NCBI GenBank assembly: GCA_964529055.1
Contig: CAZGUL010000002.1
Location: forward strand, 282-26,113
Source: an uncultured Spirochaetaceae bacterium
GTDB taxonomy: Bacteria; Spirochaetota; Spirochaetia; DTKZ01
Length of the DNA: 25,832 bases
Direction of reading: 5' to 3'
Position numbers and translations under genes: made by a program. Positions 7,716-16,025 of the stretch are shown here, piece after piece. Numbering within the stretch: the stretch's first letter is position 1; the number at the start of each line of letters is the position of its first letter. The notes beneath the pieces were generated by a model. That model did not search any database. It was not told the origin of the DNA and worked only from the letters and a program-made list of their open reading frames with translations.

Positions 7716-8477
7716 ATGCTGCTGCGCGAACTGGACCGTTATTTCCGCTCTCTCCTTCGCATCGACGATATGGTGAAGATCGACGCGTCCCTGAACGGCA
7801 TTCAGGCCGGCCGCCCCGAGCAGAAGATCGGCCGGATCGCATTCGCCGTGGACGCCTGCATGGACTGCTTCCGCCTCGCGACCGCCTGGGGGGCGGAGCT
7901 CCTTTTCGTCCATCACGGTCTCTTCTGGGGGAAGGACCTGCGGGTCACCGGTTCCCACAGGGCCAGGCTGAAACACCTTCTGGATAACGACCTCGCCCTC
8001 TACGCGGCGCATCTTCCGCTGGACATGCATCCGGAGATCGGCAACAACGCGGGGATCGCCTGCGCCCTGGGCCTTGTGGAAACCGTCCCTTTCGGGACCT
8101 ACAAGGGCGTCGACATCGGCATCAAGGGCAGGTTCCCCCGGCCCGTGCGGCTTGCCGAGGTGGAGACCCTCCTGTTCGGCGGCGCGCCGGACGGGTCCCC
8201 CGGCCTGGCCTTCGGAAAGGAATTCGTGGAAACCGCGGGAATAGTTTCCGGCGGCGCGCCGTACGAGGCGTTTCAGGCCGCCGAGCAGGGCCTGGACCTG
8301 TACATCACCGGAGAGGGTTCCCATGCGGTGTACCATTTCGCCCAGGAGGAGGGGCTCAACGTGATTTTCGGCGGCCATTACCGGACCGAGACCTGGGGGG
8401 TGCGGCTCCTCGCGGAAAGGACGGCCCGCGAGACGGGCCTGGAAACCCGGTTCATCGACGTTCCCACGGGGCTGTGA
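7716..8477 (+). CDS. Nif3-like dinuclear metal-centre protein (YbgI family)
   Basis: NGIQ, AFAVDA, LFVHHGLFW, YAAHLPLDMHPEIGNN, YITGE and GGHYRTE motifs. Confidence 0.93.
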   Translation: MLLRELDRYFRSLLRIDDMVKIDASLNGIQAGRPEQKIGRIAFAVDACMDCFRLATAWGAELLFVHHGLFWGKDLRVTGSHRARLKHLLDNDLALYAAHLPLDMHPEIGNNAGIACALGLVETVPFGTYKGVDIGIKGRFPRPVRLAEVETLLFGGAPDGSPGLAFGKEFVETAGIVSGGAPYEAFQAAEQGLDLYITGEGSHAVYHFAQEEGLNVIFGGHYRTETWGVRLLAERTARETGLETRFIDVPTGL

Positions 8478-8479
8478 GA

Positions 8480-9019
8480 ATGGAAAAAATCGCACCTTCC
8501 GGGCTGCCCGCACCGGCGCGGGACAAAATTCTCCCCTTTTGTTTAACCGCGGGCATCGTCGCCGCGGACCAGATCACCAAGTGGCTCGTGGTGGGCAACA
8601 TTCCCCGGAGGACCGTGGGAGCCGCGTTTTTCGGCGATTTTCTGCGGATCATTCACGCCCGCAATCCCGGCATCGCCTTCAGCCTCGGCAGGGACCTTCC
8701 GGACGCGGTGCGGGGCATATTATTCACCGTTCTCCCCATCGTCATTCTGGCCGCCCTGGCGGTGTATTATTTCCGCTCCGACGAATTCACCCGGCTCCAG
8801 CGCTGGGCCGTGGCGGGCATCATCGGCGGAGGGGTCGGCAACCTGATCGACCGGGTCTTCCGCCCCGAGGGGGTCGTGGACTTCATCGACGTCAGATTTT
8901 TCGGCCTTTTCGGCCTGGACAGGTGGCCGACCTTCAACGTGGCGGACTCGTCGGTGGTGGTCTGCGGCGCGCTTCTGGCCGCGTCGATTCTCGCGCACAG
9001 GAAGGACGCCCATGAATAA
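8480..9019 (+). CDS. lspA: Lipoprotein signal peptidase II
   Basis: DQITK, N.GIAFS, GGVGNLIDR, VVDFI and WPTFNVADS motifs. ATG at 8480; an alternative GTG lies at 8474. Confidence 0.95.
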   Translation: MEKIAPSGLPAPARDKILPFCLTAGIVAADQITKWLVVGNIPRRTVGAAFFGDFLRIIHARNPGIAFSLGRDLPDAVRGILFTVLPIVILAALAVYYFRSDEFTRLQRWAVAGIIGGGVGNLIDRVFRPEGVVDFIDVRFFGLFGLDRWPTFNVADSSVVVCGALLAASILAHRKDAHE

Positions 9020-9287
9020 AAAGGTCAACACCCTCCTCTTCGTTTTCGGCGCGACCTTCCTCAACGTGGTGCTGATGATCGGCATGTTCCTCGCGGCTTT
9101 CATCGCCTACGGGATATTCGCGGCACCCCGGCTCCCTCCGGGGGCGCATACCATCGTCGTGATCGTCCTCTTCGTCCTGTCCATCGTCGGGACGTACCTC
9201 ATCTATCACAAGCTCGTGGCGTTCATGTCTAAGAAGGTTGAATTCGAAAAGTATTTCGATCCGATTTTCAGGCCCAGAAAAAAATAA
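9012..9287 (+). CDS. Small two-TM membrane protein coupled to lspA, function unknown
   Basis: 91 aa with two hydrophobic segments and a basic C-terminus; start overlaps the lspA stop; host-like codon usage. Confidence 0.8.
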   Translation: MNKKVNTLLFVFGATFLNVVLMIGMFLAAFIAYGIFAAPRLPPGAHTIVVIVLFVLSIVGTYLIYHKLVAFMSKKVEFEKYFDPIFRPRKK

Positions 9288-9313
9288 ACCCCGGGGCCGG
9301 AAGCCGTCGGGGA
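9276..9313 (-). terminator. Possible intrinsic terminator for the minus-strand tRNA/hypothetical unit
   Basis: Minus strand reads CCCCGACGGC-TTCCG-GCCCCGGGG then TTTATTTTTTT; the stem is imperfect. Confidence 0.45.
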
Positions 9314-10981
9314 TCAGTAGCCGTCGGACATGGCCCGGTTCTGGTCCTTCTTGCAGAGCTCCGCGTACACGAAGCCCCGGGTCTTCAGCTTGTCCCTGAC
9401 TTCCTGCGGGAAGGGAAGGTACCGCCAGAAGATTCCCCGGACTTCCCGGTCGAGCTTCTGGGTGCCTTCGCTTTCCTTGGATATCCACAGGATGTAATCC
9501 TGGATGAAGGACTCCCGGACGTCTCCCTTCATCTTCCGTTCGGAGAACCACTGGTAGTACCAGCCCGTGAGGCCTTCCTCCATCCAGTAGTGCTGGGCCT
9601 TTTCCTTGGCGACCTGCCAGCGCATGTCCGCCAGGGCCGCGATGACCGCGGTCTTGAGTTCCTTCGGATACAGGGGGATCGCGACCCGTCCCCGTCCCGT
9701 CGCACGGTTGAACCGCTCGAAGGGTTCCCAGCAGATACCGGTGTCCCCGTAGCACGGGATCACCACGATGTTCGGCACGATGCGGTTCGTCTGCTGTTTG
9801 AAGGTGCGCAGGAAAAGCCCCGGGTCCAGATACTCCACGTCGGCCAGGATGTTGACCAGGTTTTCCCGGGTGCCTATGTCTAGGATGTTGCTGCGGATGT
9901 ACTGCTTCAGCAGAATGGGAAAATGGTTTCCCTGCCGGCCCACGCACATCTTGGCCATCTGCCGGACGGTGTTGAGCTCGTCCAGAATCGTCTTGTTGTC
10001 CACCGCGGCGCTGACCCCGAGTTCCTGTTCCTTTCGCCGCAGCTCTTCCATCTGCTCCCGGATGCCGTCGAGCTCGGAAAAATAGCGCAACTGGTCCCGG
10101 TTGACGGTTCCAAGACGCCGGAGGATGTCGCCGATATCGTTAAAGGCGCCCCGCTGTATCTCCGAGTACGGAAGCTTCAGCCCCGGAAGGTCGGGCCGGG
10201 TCTCGTGCTCGGAGATCTGCCGGACCCGCTCCTGGAGGCGGGCCTCCAGATCGTCCATCTCGTTCATCCTGTTCCGGATGAGCCCGAGCTGGGCCTCGTA
10301 CTTTCCCCGGGTCCGCTCCACGATGGCGTTCATCTTCTGCTTGTCGTCCCGCCGGGCCTGCTTCGTCTCGTCCTGGACGGAGGCGCTCACCTGCCCCCGT
10401 GCCACCGCCGTGAGCCACTCGTCCACGTAGTAAATCGGCTCGCCGCAGCGGTTGTCCCAGATGATTTTGGCGAGCATGTCCCTCTGCTCCGCCGAAATGA
10501 CCGTGGGCAGCAGGACCGAGTACCGCATGAAGAGCTTCTTGGGCATCGGCATGTCCCGGGTGATCTTGACGGCCAGGCGACCGAGGAGCTCCCAGTAGAC
10601 GGGAATGAGCCGGCCGCGGAACACCGAACGCTCCTGGGGGTCCTGGACTGTCATGAAGGAGCTGAAGTAACTGTGCAGTTTTTTGGATACGTCGCCCTCG
10701 CCGGAGAGGACGGTCTTGTAGAATTCCTTGTCCTGGAACAGGGGTTTGGACGGTTCTTCTATTTTTTCCGGCCGACGGAAGGCCCGCACGGCGGTATCGG
10801 CGCCTTCCAAGGGTTCCAGAAGTTCCGCGTCATCGGCGCCGCCTTCCTCGAACAGCTCGGCGAATTCAGGTTCTCCGTCCCGGTCCGCCGGCTCGGGGGC
10901 CTCTATCCCCATCAGGCCGGCGATTTCCGGATCAATCTCGCCTCTGAATCTGCTGTCCGAAGAAGACTGATCTTTGTTCAT
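9314..10981 (-). CDS. Hypothetical protein, about 555 aa, acidic N-terminus and central coiled coil
   Basis: Long ORF with strong GC3 bias. The ORF-track start (11035) lies inside the tRNA; the first plausible ATG is 10981 (MNKDQSS). Confidence 0.8.
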   Translation of the reverse strand: MNKDQSSSDSRFRGEIDPEIAGLMGIEAPEPADRDGEPEFAELFEEGGADDAELLEPLEGADTAVRAFRRPEKIEEPSKPLFQDKEFYKTVLSGEGDVSKKLHSYFSSFMTVQDPQERSVFRGRLIPVYWELLGRLAVKITRDMPMPKKLFMRYSVLLPTVISAEQRDMLAKIIWDNRCGEPIYYVDEWLTAVARGQVSASVQDETKQARRDDKQKMNAIVERTRGKYEAQLGLIRNRMNEMDDLEARLQERVRQISEHETRPDLPGLKLPYSEIQRGAFNDIGDILRRLGTVNRDQLRYFSELDGIREQMEELRRKEQELGVSAAVDNKTILDELNTVRQMAKMCVGRQGNHFPILLKQYIRSNILDIGTRENLVNILADVEYLDPGLFLRTFKQQTNRIVPNIVVIPCYGDTGICWEPFERFNRATGRGRVAIPLYPKELKTAVIAALADMRWQVAKEKAQHYWMEEGLTGWYYQWFSERKMKGDVRESFIQDYILWISKESEGTQKLDREVRGIFWRYLPFPQEVRDKLKTRGFVYAELCKKDQNRAMSDGY

Positions 10982-10993
10982 GCATGCTTCGTA

Positions 10994-11067
10994 TGGAGGT
11001 GACGGGAATCGAACCCGTGACCCCTTGAATGCCATTCAAGTACTCTAGCCAGCTGAGCTACACCCCC
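10994..11067 (-). tRNA. tRNA-Ala(GGC), CCA not encoded
   Basis: GGGGGTG-TA-GCTC-AGCTGGCTA-GAGT-A-CTTGA-ATGGCAT-TCAAG-GGGTC-ACGGG-TTCGATT-CCCGT-CACCTCC-A; G3:U70 Ala identity pair and the A32-U38 pair typical of tRNA-Ala(GGC). Confidence 0.97.
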
Positions 11068-11080
11068 GAAGTTATGGGCC

Positions 11081-11109
11081 ATGATAATCGGAAGAGTTCC
11101 GGCTGTCAA
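11081..11109 (-). promoter_or_regulatory. sigma70 promoter for tRNA-Ala
   Basis: TTGACA (11109-11104) - 17 nt - TATCAT (11086-11081), followed by a GC-rich GGCCC discriminator-like element. Confidence 0.8.
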
Positions 11110-11124
11110 GGCCCCGCATCGTCA

Positions 11125-12621
11125 TTAATAGTGATGTCCGAGCCCTATGAAGGCCTCCCATCTCCTCCAGCGCTTGCCGTCGTCGTCACGCCGGGGGGCA
11201 AGACCGGTGATCTGGTGGTCGTCCAGCACCGCTTCCAGGTCGAAGCCCAGAGAAGCCCGCAGGTACAGGCTCCGGGCGAACTTCGGGAAAACCACGACCT
11301 GAAGGCCGCCGCCGTAGTACATCTCGTCGAGTTTGAAGGACTCGTCCTCCCGTTTGACCAGCGCGAAGTCGAGGAAGGGGCCGGCCTGCACCTCGAAGTA
11401 GGGGGCGAGGAACCACATCCACATTTTCACGGCGATGTCGGTGTTCAGGAAAAGTCCCGCGTCGCCCTGCAGGCGGTCGTCCAGGATGCCCCGGATGGGC
11501 TCGCCAACGTCGTCGCCGTCCTCCAGGCCCCGCTCCTTGTCGAACTGGAAAAAGCCGCTGAACCGTCCGGAAATGCCGATCCACGAAAAGGCCTTGTGGC
11601 CCACAGCCTTCCAGTCCAGGGAGTTTTTCCACCGGGCTTCCCCGGGGTTGTAGATGACCGTATTGCCGAAGGAGAGTTCCGCCCCGTCGCGGAAATTGCC
11701 GTACCAGTCCACCCTCTCGACGAAGACCGCGTGGGTAAAACCGGGCTCCGCCCCCCTGCGTTCCTCGCTGAGCTCCTTGTCGAACCGGTACTTGACCTGG
11801 GCGAATACGTCCGGGCCGTACTGCAGGGCGCCAAGGCGGCCCAGGGTCCAGGGAAGGTCGAAGTCCGTCCCGAAGGCAACCTTGCTCTGGTGATACCGCC
11901 TGTCCCCGTAGTAATCGTCGTCGTCGTACACGTAGGCCTGCGACAATTCCAGGGTCCAGTCCTGCCTGTCCACCGGGAAATCCACGGCCATGGACGCGGT
12001 GATGTCGAATTTATAGTCGTCGTCGTCGGCGTTGTACGTCAGGCCCTGGGTCAGGCCGAACCGCCAGTCCTTGTCCACCAGCCGGAACGGCACGATGAAG
12101 GACAGCTCGTTGCCGAACTCGTTGTCGCCCGTGTCGGTGAAGGTGTAGTCCAGGTTCAGCTTCAGGGTTTCCATGGAGCCAAGGAAGTTGAAGTCCCGGG
12201 CGCGGATGCTGAGGAGAAGTCCCGAGTTCGAGTCGTATTTGAAATAGGGCAAAACAATGACGTTCCAGGTGTCCACCGTCGTCACGACAACGTGAACGGC
12301 CGTCATTCCGTCGGGCCGGGCGCTGGTCGTATAGGAAACCTTGCCTTCCGACAGGACCCGCTGGTTCATGACGACCTGTTCCCGGTCCTTCAGGTACGCC
12401 TCGACCTCCCCGATGGTGACGAAGGTGCGTCCTTCCTCGATCTCGATCTTTTTTTCAAGGGCCCGCTCCCAGGTCCGTCCCGTGATCTGGAACGTTATAT
12501 CCTGGATGACGAACTTTTTTTCGTCTTTTACGGCGGGTCCGCCCTGGGCCGCGGCAATTCCCGCCGCGAACAGAAACGCGACACACGCCACAGCAACTTT
12601 TTTCCCTGGTCGCATTCGCAA
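11125..12621 (-). CDS. Omp85/BamA-TamA-like outer-membrane beta-barrel protein with one POTRA-like domain
   Basis: Signal peptide (KKVAVACVAFLFAAGIAAA-Q); about 85-aa POTRA-like segment ending VVTTVDTW; NFLG; alternating beta strands; IRG motif; FLDF; C-terminal FIGLGHHY. Start is TTG at 12621 or ATG at 12615. Confidence 0.7.
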   Translation of the reverse strand: MRMRPGKKVAVACVAFLFAAGIAAAQGGPAVKDEKKFVIQDITFQITGRTWERALEKKIEIEEGRTFVTIGEVEAYLKDREQVVMNQRVLSEGKVSYTTSARPDGMTAVHVVVTTVDTWNVIVLPYFKYDSNSGLLLSIRARDFNFLGSMETLKLNLDYTFTDTGDNEFGNELSFIVPFRLVDKDWRFGLTQGLTYNADDDDYKFDITASMAVDFPVDRQDWTLELSQAYVYDDDDYYGDRRYHQSKVAFGTDFDLPWTLGRLGALQYGPDVFAQVKYRFDKELSEERRGAEPGFTHAVFVERVDWYGNFRDGAELSFGNTVIYNPGEARWKNSLDWKAVGHKAFSWIGISGRFSGFFQFDKERGLEDGDDVGEPIRGILDDRLQGDAGLFLNTDIAVKMWMWFLAPYFEVQAGPFLDFALVKREDESFKLDEMYYGGGLQVVVFPKFARSLYLRASLGFDLEAVLDDHQITGLAPRRDDDGKRWRRWEAFIGLGHHY

Positions 12622-12680
12622 ATCAGTCTCCCTCGGTTTCCATTACTTTTGTATGTATGGAGGTTTTTGAGCTTTCGTCA

Positions 12681-12709
12681 AGCATACCATTTTCCGATTC
12701 ATCGGACAA
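12681..12709 (-). promoter_or_regulatory. Candidate sigma70 promoter for the Omp85-like gene
   Basis: TTGTCC (12709-12704) - 17 nt - TATGCT (12686-12681), with extended -10 TG. Confidence 0.5.
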
Positions 12710-12754
12710 TATGTCAAGTAGAATTTTACCGGCGTTTCCTCTATAAATGGACCC

Positions 12755-14029
12755 ATGAACGCACACCCCCCGCGGGATGAAGCCCGCGCCCTGGTCAGCC
12801 TGGGCATTACCGCCGCCCTGCACGGCACGATCCACACCCTGAGCCTGTTCCTGAGCCCGCTGAACGCGGAAATCGCGGGATATTTCGGTCTCTCGAGCAT
12901 CGCGACGGTGACGGCCTTCAAATCGGTCTACCTCTTCGTCTACGCGGCCAGCAACCTGCTCTTCGGCGCCCTGACCAACAGGATCCCCGCCAGGGAGGTC
13001 CTGGGAGCCGGGATGATCGTGAACGCCCTGGCGGTGCTCCTGTTCCGGTTCGTGCCGCCGTCGGGGGTCCCGCTGATGTTCGTGCTGTGGATCGTCGGGG
13101 CGATCGGGGGCGGGGTCTACCACCCCGTGGCAAACGCCTTCATCACACGGCTTTTTCCCCGCCGCAAGGGCTGGGCCCTGGGTGTCACCGGCATGGGGGC
13201 CGGCATCGGCTACGCGTTCGGACCCTTCCTGACCGGGTTTCTGTCCGGCGTCCTCGGCCTCTCCTGGAGGGACGTGTCGCTGGTTTTCGGCGGGATGGGG
13301 CTCGCCGTCGGCGCTGCCGCCTTTTTCCTGATCCATGACGCGCCTCCGTCCCCCGTCAAGGCCCCGGTGGAGGCGCCTCCGTCCCCGCCGGCGCCCCCCC
13401 GGGCCGGCGGGCTTTTCGGCCTGCCGCTCCGGCTGTGGATTTTTCTCGTCTTCGTCATCCTCATCACCGGCACGCGGGAAATCGGCATGTGGACGATTCT
13501 GGACATTTCCGACTTTTTCCTGATAACGGCCTTTCCCGGCGGGCCGGGAACCGCGTGGTTTCTGTTCATAATGTACCTGCCCGCCGTTTTCGTGCAGCCC
13601 GTGGCGGGGTCGTTGTCGGACAGACTCGGCAGGAAGAGGCTCGTCACGGCGGCTTTCCTGCTGTACGGCACCGCCGTGGCGTCGCTGGCGGTCTGTCCCG
13701 GAAACCTGCTTTTCCTCCCCTACATGCTGATGGGAGCGGCGTCCAGCGCGTCCATACCGGTCATGGAAGCCCTTGTCGCGGACTTCACGAACCCCCGGAC
13801 CCGGGGGATAATCTTCGGCGTGTTCGTCACCGCCATCATGGGTATCGGCGCCTTGGGGCCCCTCGCGAGCGGCTTGTACCTGGACGCCATGGGACGCACC
13901 CTCGGGGCGTTCCGCAGCTGGATGCTGATCTCGGGAGGGCTCATCGCCTCAGGCGGCATCGCGATGACCGCCTCGGGCGGGCTAATCGCCCGCCTTGGCC
14001 TGAAAGCGGAAAAGGAGCACCCGGTCTAA
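12755..14029 (+). CDS. Major facilitator superfamily transporter
   Basis: 424 aa with about 12 hydrophobic segments; [10 protein letters not shown] and [10 protein letters not shown] motif-A repeats; Pro-rich central loop. Confidence 0.92.
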   Translation: MNAHPPRDEARALVSLGITAALHGTIHTLSLFLSPLNAEIAGYFGLSSIATVTAFKSVYLFVYAASNLLFGALTNRIPAREVLGAGMIVNALAVLLFRFVPPSGVPLMFVLWIVGAIGGGVYHPVANAFITRLFPRRKGWALGVTGMGAGIGYAFGPFLTGFLSGVLGLSWRDVSLVFGGMGLAVGAAAFFLIHDAPPSPVKAPVEAPPSPPAPPRAGGLFGLPLRLWIFLVFVILITGTREIGMWTILDISDFFLITAFPGGPGTAWFLFIMYLPAVFVQPVAGSLSDRLGRKRLVTAAFLLYGTAVASLAVCPGNLLFLPYMLMGAASSASIPVMEALVADFTNPRTRGIIFGVFVTAIMGIGALGPLASGLYLDAMGRTLGAFRSWMLISGGLIASGGIAMTASGGLIARLGLKAEKEHPV

Positions 14030-14640
14030 ACCGCCAGCGCCTCCCGGTAGCGCCTTTCGACCTCCGGCCAGTTCACCACGTTGAAGAAGGCCGCCACATA
14101 GTCGGCCCGGCGGTTCTGGTACAGGAGGTAGTACGCGTGCTCCCAGACGTCCATGCCGAGGATCGGGATGTCGCCGTCCGTGACGGGACTGTCCTGGTTC
14201 GCCGTGGACAGAACGGCGAGGCTCTTGTCCTTTTTGACCACAAGCCAGGCCCAGCCGCTGCCGAAGCGGGTCATCGCGGCGGAGGACAGTTTCTCCCTGA
14301 ACGCCGCAAAGCTGCCGAATCCCGCCTTTATCCCCTCGGCCAGCCGTCCTCCCGGCTCGCCGCCGCCCGAGGGACTCAGGATGGTCCAGAACAGGGAATG
14401 GTTCGCGTGGCCGCAGCAGTTGTTGCGGACCGCGGTCCTGAACGATTACGGAAGGGACGAAAGACCGGCGAGAAGTTTTTCCAGGGGCCAGGCGGAATAT
14501 TCGGTGCCCTCGACGGCCTTGTTCAGGTTGGCCACATACGCTCCGTGGTGTTTTTCGTGATGAATGGTCATGGTGCGTTCGTCGATGTGGGGCTCCAGGG
14601 CTGCGTACGGATACGGAAGGGGGGGTAAACTGAAAGACAT
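14026..14640 (-). pseudogene. sodA: Mn/Fe superoxide dismutase (Mn-type signature) interrupted by in-frame TAA at 14446-14448; true pseudogene or sequence error
   Basis: [45 protein letters not shown] and DVWEHAYY are all in one frame; the only break is TAA at codon 65. Confidence 0.9.
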
Positions 14641-14684
14641 GTTCGTCTCCTTGAAGCTCGGGATGGGCTTTCTCAGGAAAGCTA

Positions 14685-14707
14685 TTTATTACTAAATTAG
14701 TCATAAA
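14685..14707. promoter_or_regulatory. AT-rich 11-1-11 inverted repeat overlapping the sodA -10 (candidate operator)
   Basis: TTTATTACTAA-A-TTAGTCATAAA with one mismatch. The sodA promoter TTGCCG (14722-14717) - 17 nt - TAATTT (14699-14694) has its -10 at the palindrome centre. Confidence 0.6.
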
Positions 14708-14742
14708 ATAACCCGGCGGCAAGTTTCCCGTCGAAAAAACGC

Positions 14743-14772
14743 TCGACAGATCCCGGCCCGTCCGGTTACACT
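14743..14772 (+). promoter_or_regulatory. Candidate sigma70 promoter for the ACT-domain gene (likely leaderless)
   Basis: TCGACA (14743-14748) - 18 nt - TACACT (14767-14772); ATG 6 nt later; no SD. Confidence 0.55.
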
Positions 14773-14778
14773 GCCGTC

Positions 14779-15330
14779 ATGACGCAGGAAAAAGTTTTCG
14801 CGGTTTTCACCGCCCTGGGGACCGACCGCATCGGCATAGCGGACGACATCGCGAAGGCGGTCTCGGATCTGGGTCTCAACATCGAGGAAAGCAAAATGTC
14901 CGTGCTGGGCGGGGAGTTCGCCGTCATCATGCTGGTTTCCGGCGGGCGCAAGGGCATGGTCGCGCTGTCCGACGACCTGGAGAAACTCGGCGTGTCCTTC
15001 GGTCTCCGTCTGTCCCTGCGGCCGACCCGGGGGCCCGAGGAGGCGGGCGCCGGGATCCCCTACCTCCTGGAAACGGTTTCCCAGGACACCCCGGGCATCG
15101 TCCATTCCGTCACGGCGGTGCTGCGGAAAAACGCTGTCAACATCGAGGACCTGGAAACCGAAACGGTTCCGGCCCCGCTCACCGGGGCGCCGCTGTTCCG
15201 GATGAAGGCCCGGATCGTGCTCCCGCCGAAGCTGTCCGCGGCCCGGCTCCGCCGGGAGCTTGCGGACCTGGGGGAAAGACAGGACCTGAACATCGAGGTG
15301 AAGCCGCTTTTCCCGGCCGCGTCGGAGTAG
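14779..15330 (+). CDS. GcvR-like tandem ACT-domain protein
   Basis: GTDRIGIA...NIEESKMSVLGGEFAVIMLV and QDTPGIVHSVT..L....VNIEDLET...AP.TG.PLF: two ACT domains. Confidence 0.88.
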   Translation: MTQEKVFAVFTALGTDRIGIADDIAKAVSDLGLNIEESKMSVLGGEFAVIMLVSGGRKGMVALSDDLEKLGVSFGLRLSLRPTRGPEEAGAGIPYLLETVSQDTPGIVHSVTAVLRKNAVNIEDLETETVPAPLTGAPLFRMKARIVLPPKLSAARLRRELADLGERQDLNIEVKPLFPAASE

Positions 15331-15334
15331 GTTC

Positions 15335-16015
15335 CTATCCGGCCTGGCGGAGGATCTTTTTCGGAAGCCCGGCGAACACGGCGATATCCTCATCCGAACC
15401 GACGACGAGGACCACATCGCCTTCGGTAAACGTGTAATCCGGCGCGAAGAAAAAATAATCGCCCTCCTCGCCGTTCTTTATCGCCACCACATTTATCCCC
15501 GCCGACTGTCTGAGCCGGAGCTCCACCAGGGGTTTTCCGTAGAACCTGGGAGGAACCCGGACTTCCGCCATGCCTATGCCGCTGCCGACCCGCAGAAACT
15601 GCTGCAGACGTGACGAAAACAGCCGCGGAAGTATGGCCCGCACGGCATCCCGCGGGGGGTAGACGATTTCATCGGCGCCGATGATGCGCAGGATGCCGCC
15701 CTGTCTTTCACTTTGAGCCCGCGCGATGATTTTCCCGGCCTTGATGGAATGCAGATGATGGGTCACCAGAATCGCCGCTTCCAGATGTTCTCCCAGGTCC
15801 ACGATCGCGTAATCGAGATGATGATGTATCATCTTCTCGAGCAGGGCTTCGTTGTTCACGTCCATCACATACGCTTCGGCCACGCGGTCCTTGTACGTGT
15901 CGATCACTTCCTCCTGCCGGTCGATGATGATGAGTTCCACATCGAGCTCCAGAAGCTCGTCGAGCATTCTGCGTCCGAAGGATCCCAACCCGATCAGTGC
16001 TATACGCCGTTTCAT
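15335..16015 (-). CDS. ktrA: Ktr/Trk K+ uptake regulatory subunit (RCK_N + RCK_C)
   Basis: IGLGSFG Rossmann motif, IIARA, IGADEIVYP, and a C-terminal INVVAIK...GD..LVVG RCK_C domain. Confidence 0.88.
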   Translation of the reverse strand: MKRRIALIGLGSFGRRMLDELLELDVELIIIDRQEEVIDTYKDRVAEAYVMDVNNEALLEKMIHHHLDYAIVDLGEHLEAAILVTHHLHSIKAGKIIARAQSERQGGILRIIGADEIVYPPRDAVRAILPRLFSSRLQQFLRVGSGIGMAEVRVPPRFYGKPLVELRLRQSAGINVVAIKNGEEGDYFFFAPDYTFTEGDVVLVVGSDEDIAVFAGLPKKILRQAG

Positions 16016-16025
16016 GAAAAACCTC

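Noticed and set aside
7620-8513. ORF track extends the Lon-like ORF to 1097 aa (start 8513)
   Set aside because: The extra 298 codons are the antisense shadow of nif3. A TTGACA-17-TATTAT promoter sits just before the ATG at 7619.
10982-11035. ORF-track start of the 573-aa ORF at 11035
   Set aside because: It lies inside the tRNA-Ala gene; the translation MAFKGSRVRFPSPP is just the tRNA sequence.
12655-12664. 10-bp repeat GTATGGAGGT matching the tRNA 3' end (10991-11000): possible att site
   Set aside because: It is short enough to occur by chance, lies upstream rather than downstream of the tRNA, and no integrase or foreign cargo lies between the copies.
11029-12780. Long antisense ORFs (e.g. 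11029..12780, 3825..5183, 5985..7532, 9923..11002, 21511..23130, 23907..25136)
   Set aside because: Each mirrors a well-supported gene on the other strand. They have no recognisable motifs and are expected from stop-codon scarcity on the reverse strand of high-GC3 genes.
13330-13410. Pro-rich, C-rich stretch in the MFS gene
   Set aside because: It is an ordinary low-complexity central loop between the two MFS halves, not a tandem repeat or contingency locus.
14446-14448. Stop-codon recoding or alternative genetic code at the sodA TAA
   Set aside because: Sec uses TGA and Pyl uses TAG. TAA ends other genes here (rsmI, flgM), and the neighbouring NNCCG changes point to substitutions rather than recoding.
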